From Anaeramoeba ignava BMAN (lineage: Eukaryota; Protista; Anaeramoebae): DNA of 64,000 nt. Positions within the stretch are counted from its first letter, which is position 1; each line of letters starts with the position of its first letter. Made by a program: the position numbers and the translations under genes. The DNA lies in NCBI GenBank assembly GCA_028826165.1, contig JAPDFW010000106.1:62001-126000 (forward strand). Direction: 5' to 3'. The notes below the pieces were generated by a model. It searched no databases. It was not told where the DNA came from and saw nothing but the letters and a program-made list of their open reading frames with translations. Positions 61,851 to 64,000 of this stretch are shown one piece after another.

Positions 61851-61981
61851 CGTTATTAAATTTAAAAAGAAAACCGTTAAAAAAATAATAAAAATTAAAA
61901 TTGTTTTTTATTGGAATTTTTTATTCATTTTTTTATTGAAATTTTTTATTCAATTTATTATTTTTCTCTTTTTAAAAAAAA

Positions 61982-62354
61982 ATGTCATTAAGACTTCAAC
62001 AACTTCATAAAGAAAAAAAAAATACTAATAATACTAATAATATTAGAAATGAAAATGAACCAGCAAACATTCCAAATAAACAAACACAAAAAGCTTTACT
62101 TTCAAAGTTAAATCTAAATCAAAACTAAATTAAATCAAAAATAAAAAAATTTTTTCCTCATTTTATTTTTCTTTTCTTTTCTTTTTTTGAAATAAAATTT
62201 TTTTTATAGATTTATGAGTCCAACAGATAAAATTATGAGTCCAACAACAAACCTTTTAATGAAAAGAAAAAGAGATAAGAAAAAATTACCAATTAGAAAT
62301 TTACAAGATCAATTAGAATCAGAATTAAATGAAGAATCAACAAAAAAAAAATAA
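61982..62354 (+). CDS. Spo12-family-like small protein, 89 aa, 2 exons (not in ORF track)
   Basis: Exons 61982..62106 and 62210..62354 (GT-AG intron 62107..62209) give ...KALLSKFMSPTDKIMSPTTNLLMKRKR..., matching the Spo12 SPTDxxxSP motif. Confidence 0.75.
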
Positions 62355-62541
62355 AAGAAAAAAAAAAAGAAAAAAAAAAATTTTTTTTGATTTTGTTTCT
62401 TTTGATTTTTTTTTTGATTTTGTTTTAAAAAAAAATAAGTAAAAGTTCACTTTTATTTTCTTCATTTTTCTTCATTTTTTTTCTTTTATTTTCTTTTAAA
62501 TTTTTATTTTGAATTATTTTTTTTTTCAATTACAAAAAAAA

Positions 62542-64000
62542 ATGTCTATTAAGGTTACAAATTCATTAGTAACTCCTTTACTCACAGATAAATATCAACT
62601 TACAATGGCATATGCATATTGGAAATCAAAAAAACAAGATCAAAAATCTGTTTTTGATCTATTTTTTCGGGTCAATCCATTTGGCGGCGAATTTACAATT
62701 TTTGCAGGATTAAGTGAAGTAATGAAACTACTTCCAAATTTCAAATTTACTGAAGATGAAATTGATTATTTAAAGAAAGATATGGTTGGTTGTGAAGATG
62801 GTTTTTTTGATTATCTTCGTTCTGTTGATGCTTCTCAAATTAAACTTTATGCTTTGAATGAAGGCACTCTTTCTTTCCCTAAAATTCCTCTTATTCGTGT
62901 TGAAGGTCCTCTCGCTATTTCTCAACTTTTGGAAACTCCTCTTCTTAATCTTATTAATTATCCAAGTCTTCTTGCTACAAATTCTGCAAGAATGAAAATG
63001 GTCAGTGGTCATAAGAAAACTTTATTAGAATTTGGTTGTAGAAGAGCTCAAGGTTTGTGTTTCATTTTTGTTTCAACAATATCAATTTAAAATATTTAAA
63101 ACATTTAAAATATTCAATATATTTTAATATATACAAAATATTCAAAATATTCAAAATATTCAATATATTCAAAATATTTAATATATTCAAAATATTTAAT
63201 ATATTCAAAATATTCAATATATTCAAAATATTCAAAATATTCAATATATTCAAAATATTCAAAATATTTAATATATTCAAAATATTCAATATATTTAATA
63301 TATCCAATATATTCAAAATATCCAATATATTTAAAATATTCAAAATATTCAAAATATTCAAAATATTCAAAATATTTAAAATATTCAAAATATTTAAAAT
63401 ATTCAAAATATTCAAAATATTCAAAATATTCAATATATTCAAAATATTCAAAATATTCAAAATATTCAAAATATTTAATATATTCAAAATATTCAAAATA
63501 TTCAATATATTCAAAATATCCAATATATTCAAAATATCCAAAATATTTAAAATATATTTAAAATATTTAATATATTTAAAAATAAAAAGGACCTGATGGA
63601 GCTATTTCTGCTTCTCGTTATAGTTATATTGGAGGATTTGATGCAACAAGTAATATGGCTGCTGGTAAAATTTTTGGAATTCCTACAAAAGGAACACATG
63701 CACATTCTTTTGTTTCATCCTATCTTACTTTTTCAGATATTAAAAACCCAATACTAAAAGATTCAAAAGGAATTCATGAAGGTTTTCATTTAAAAAATAA
63801 TAATCATTTCCAAATTTAAATATATTTATATTCTTATATTTATTCTAAAAAGTCAATTTTGTTGATTTCGTTCTCCAAACAAGAAAAGAAACAGGATTCA
63901 CTCACACAAATGATAGTGAACTTGCTTCTTTTATTGGATATGCTCTTTCATTTCCTAATGGATTTCTTGCTTTAGTTGATACTTATGATACTCTTTTAAG
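62542..64000 (+). CDS. NAPRT: Nicotinate phosphoribosyltransferase (5' part; runs off window)
   Basis: [54 protein letters not shown]. Introns 63053-63589 and 63782-63852. Confidence 0.96.
63090..63580. repeat. Intronic 9-bp minisatellite AATATTCAA
   Basis: Directly visible in NAPRT intron 1. Confidence 0.95.

Noticed and set aside
842-63596. Many ORF-track entries (e.g. 842-1450, 5067-5351, 32454-32726, 34093-34338, 51747-52070, 53067-53264, 59673-59972, 63057-63596)
   Set aside because: Antisense or alternate-frame shadows of real genes, or translations of stop-free microsatellites.
1-64000. tRNA, rRNA, snoRNA genes, transposons, telomeric repeats
   Set aside because: None recognisable by eye; AT-rich ncRNAs cannot be excluded without covariance-model searches.

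Overview
Very AT-rich eukaryotic nuclear DNA: standard genetic code, GT-AG spliceosomal introns, short spacers with a TTCATTTT initiator-like motif. The N/Q/E hexamer-derived low-complexity tracts and expanded BTB-TLDc and RCC1-BTB families resemble an Anaeramoeba-like metamonad (inference only). By splicing by hand I count about 21 protein genes: BTB-coiled-coil-(ARM-like), three BTB-TLDc, a beta-helix protein ending in CaaX, EF1B-gamma, PCNA, a PP2A scaffold A subunit with a ~320-aa NQ tract, a two-box HMG protein, an orphan 3-repeat protein, C2-TerD-TerD, a COPI-associated/TVP15-like membrane protein, ABCC/MRP, four tandem RCC1-BTB genes, PH-PH-RUN, RGS-DH-PH-MORN, a Spo12-like protein absent from the ORF track, and NAPRT (truncated). 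Two patterns stand out. (1) The RCC1-BTB array has a near-constant C-terminus and hypervariable propeller loops swapped in blocks between copies, suggesting a recombination-diversified substrate-receptor repertoire. (2) Four apparently distinct intergenic satellites all have nucleosome-scale units (~143, ~168, ~144, ~146 bp), while introns are inflated by 6-15 bp repeats. Several homopolymer frameshifts and two missing splice dinucleotides are probably assembly errors.
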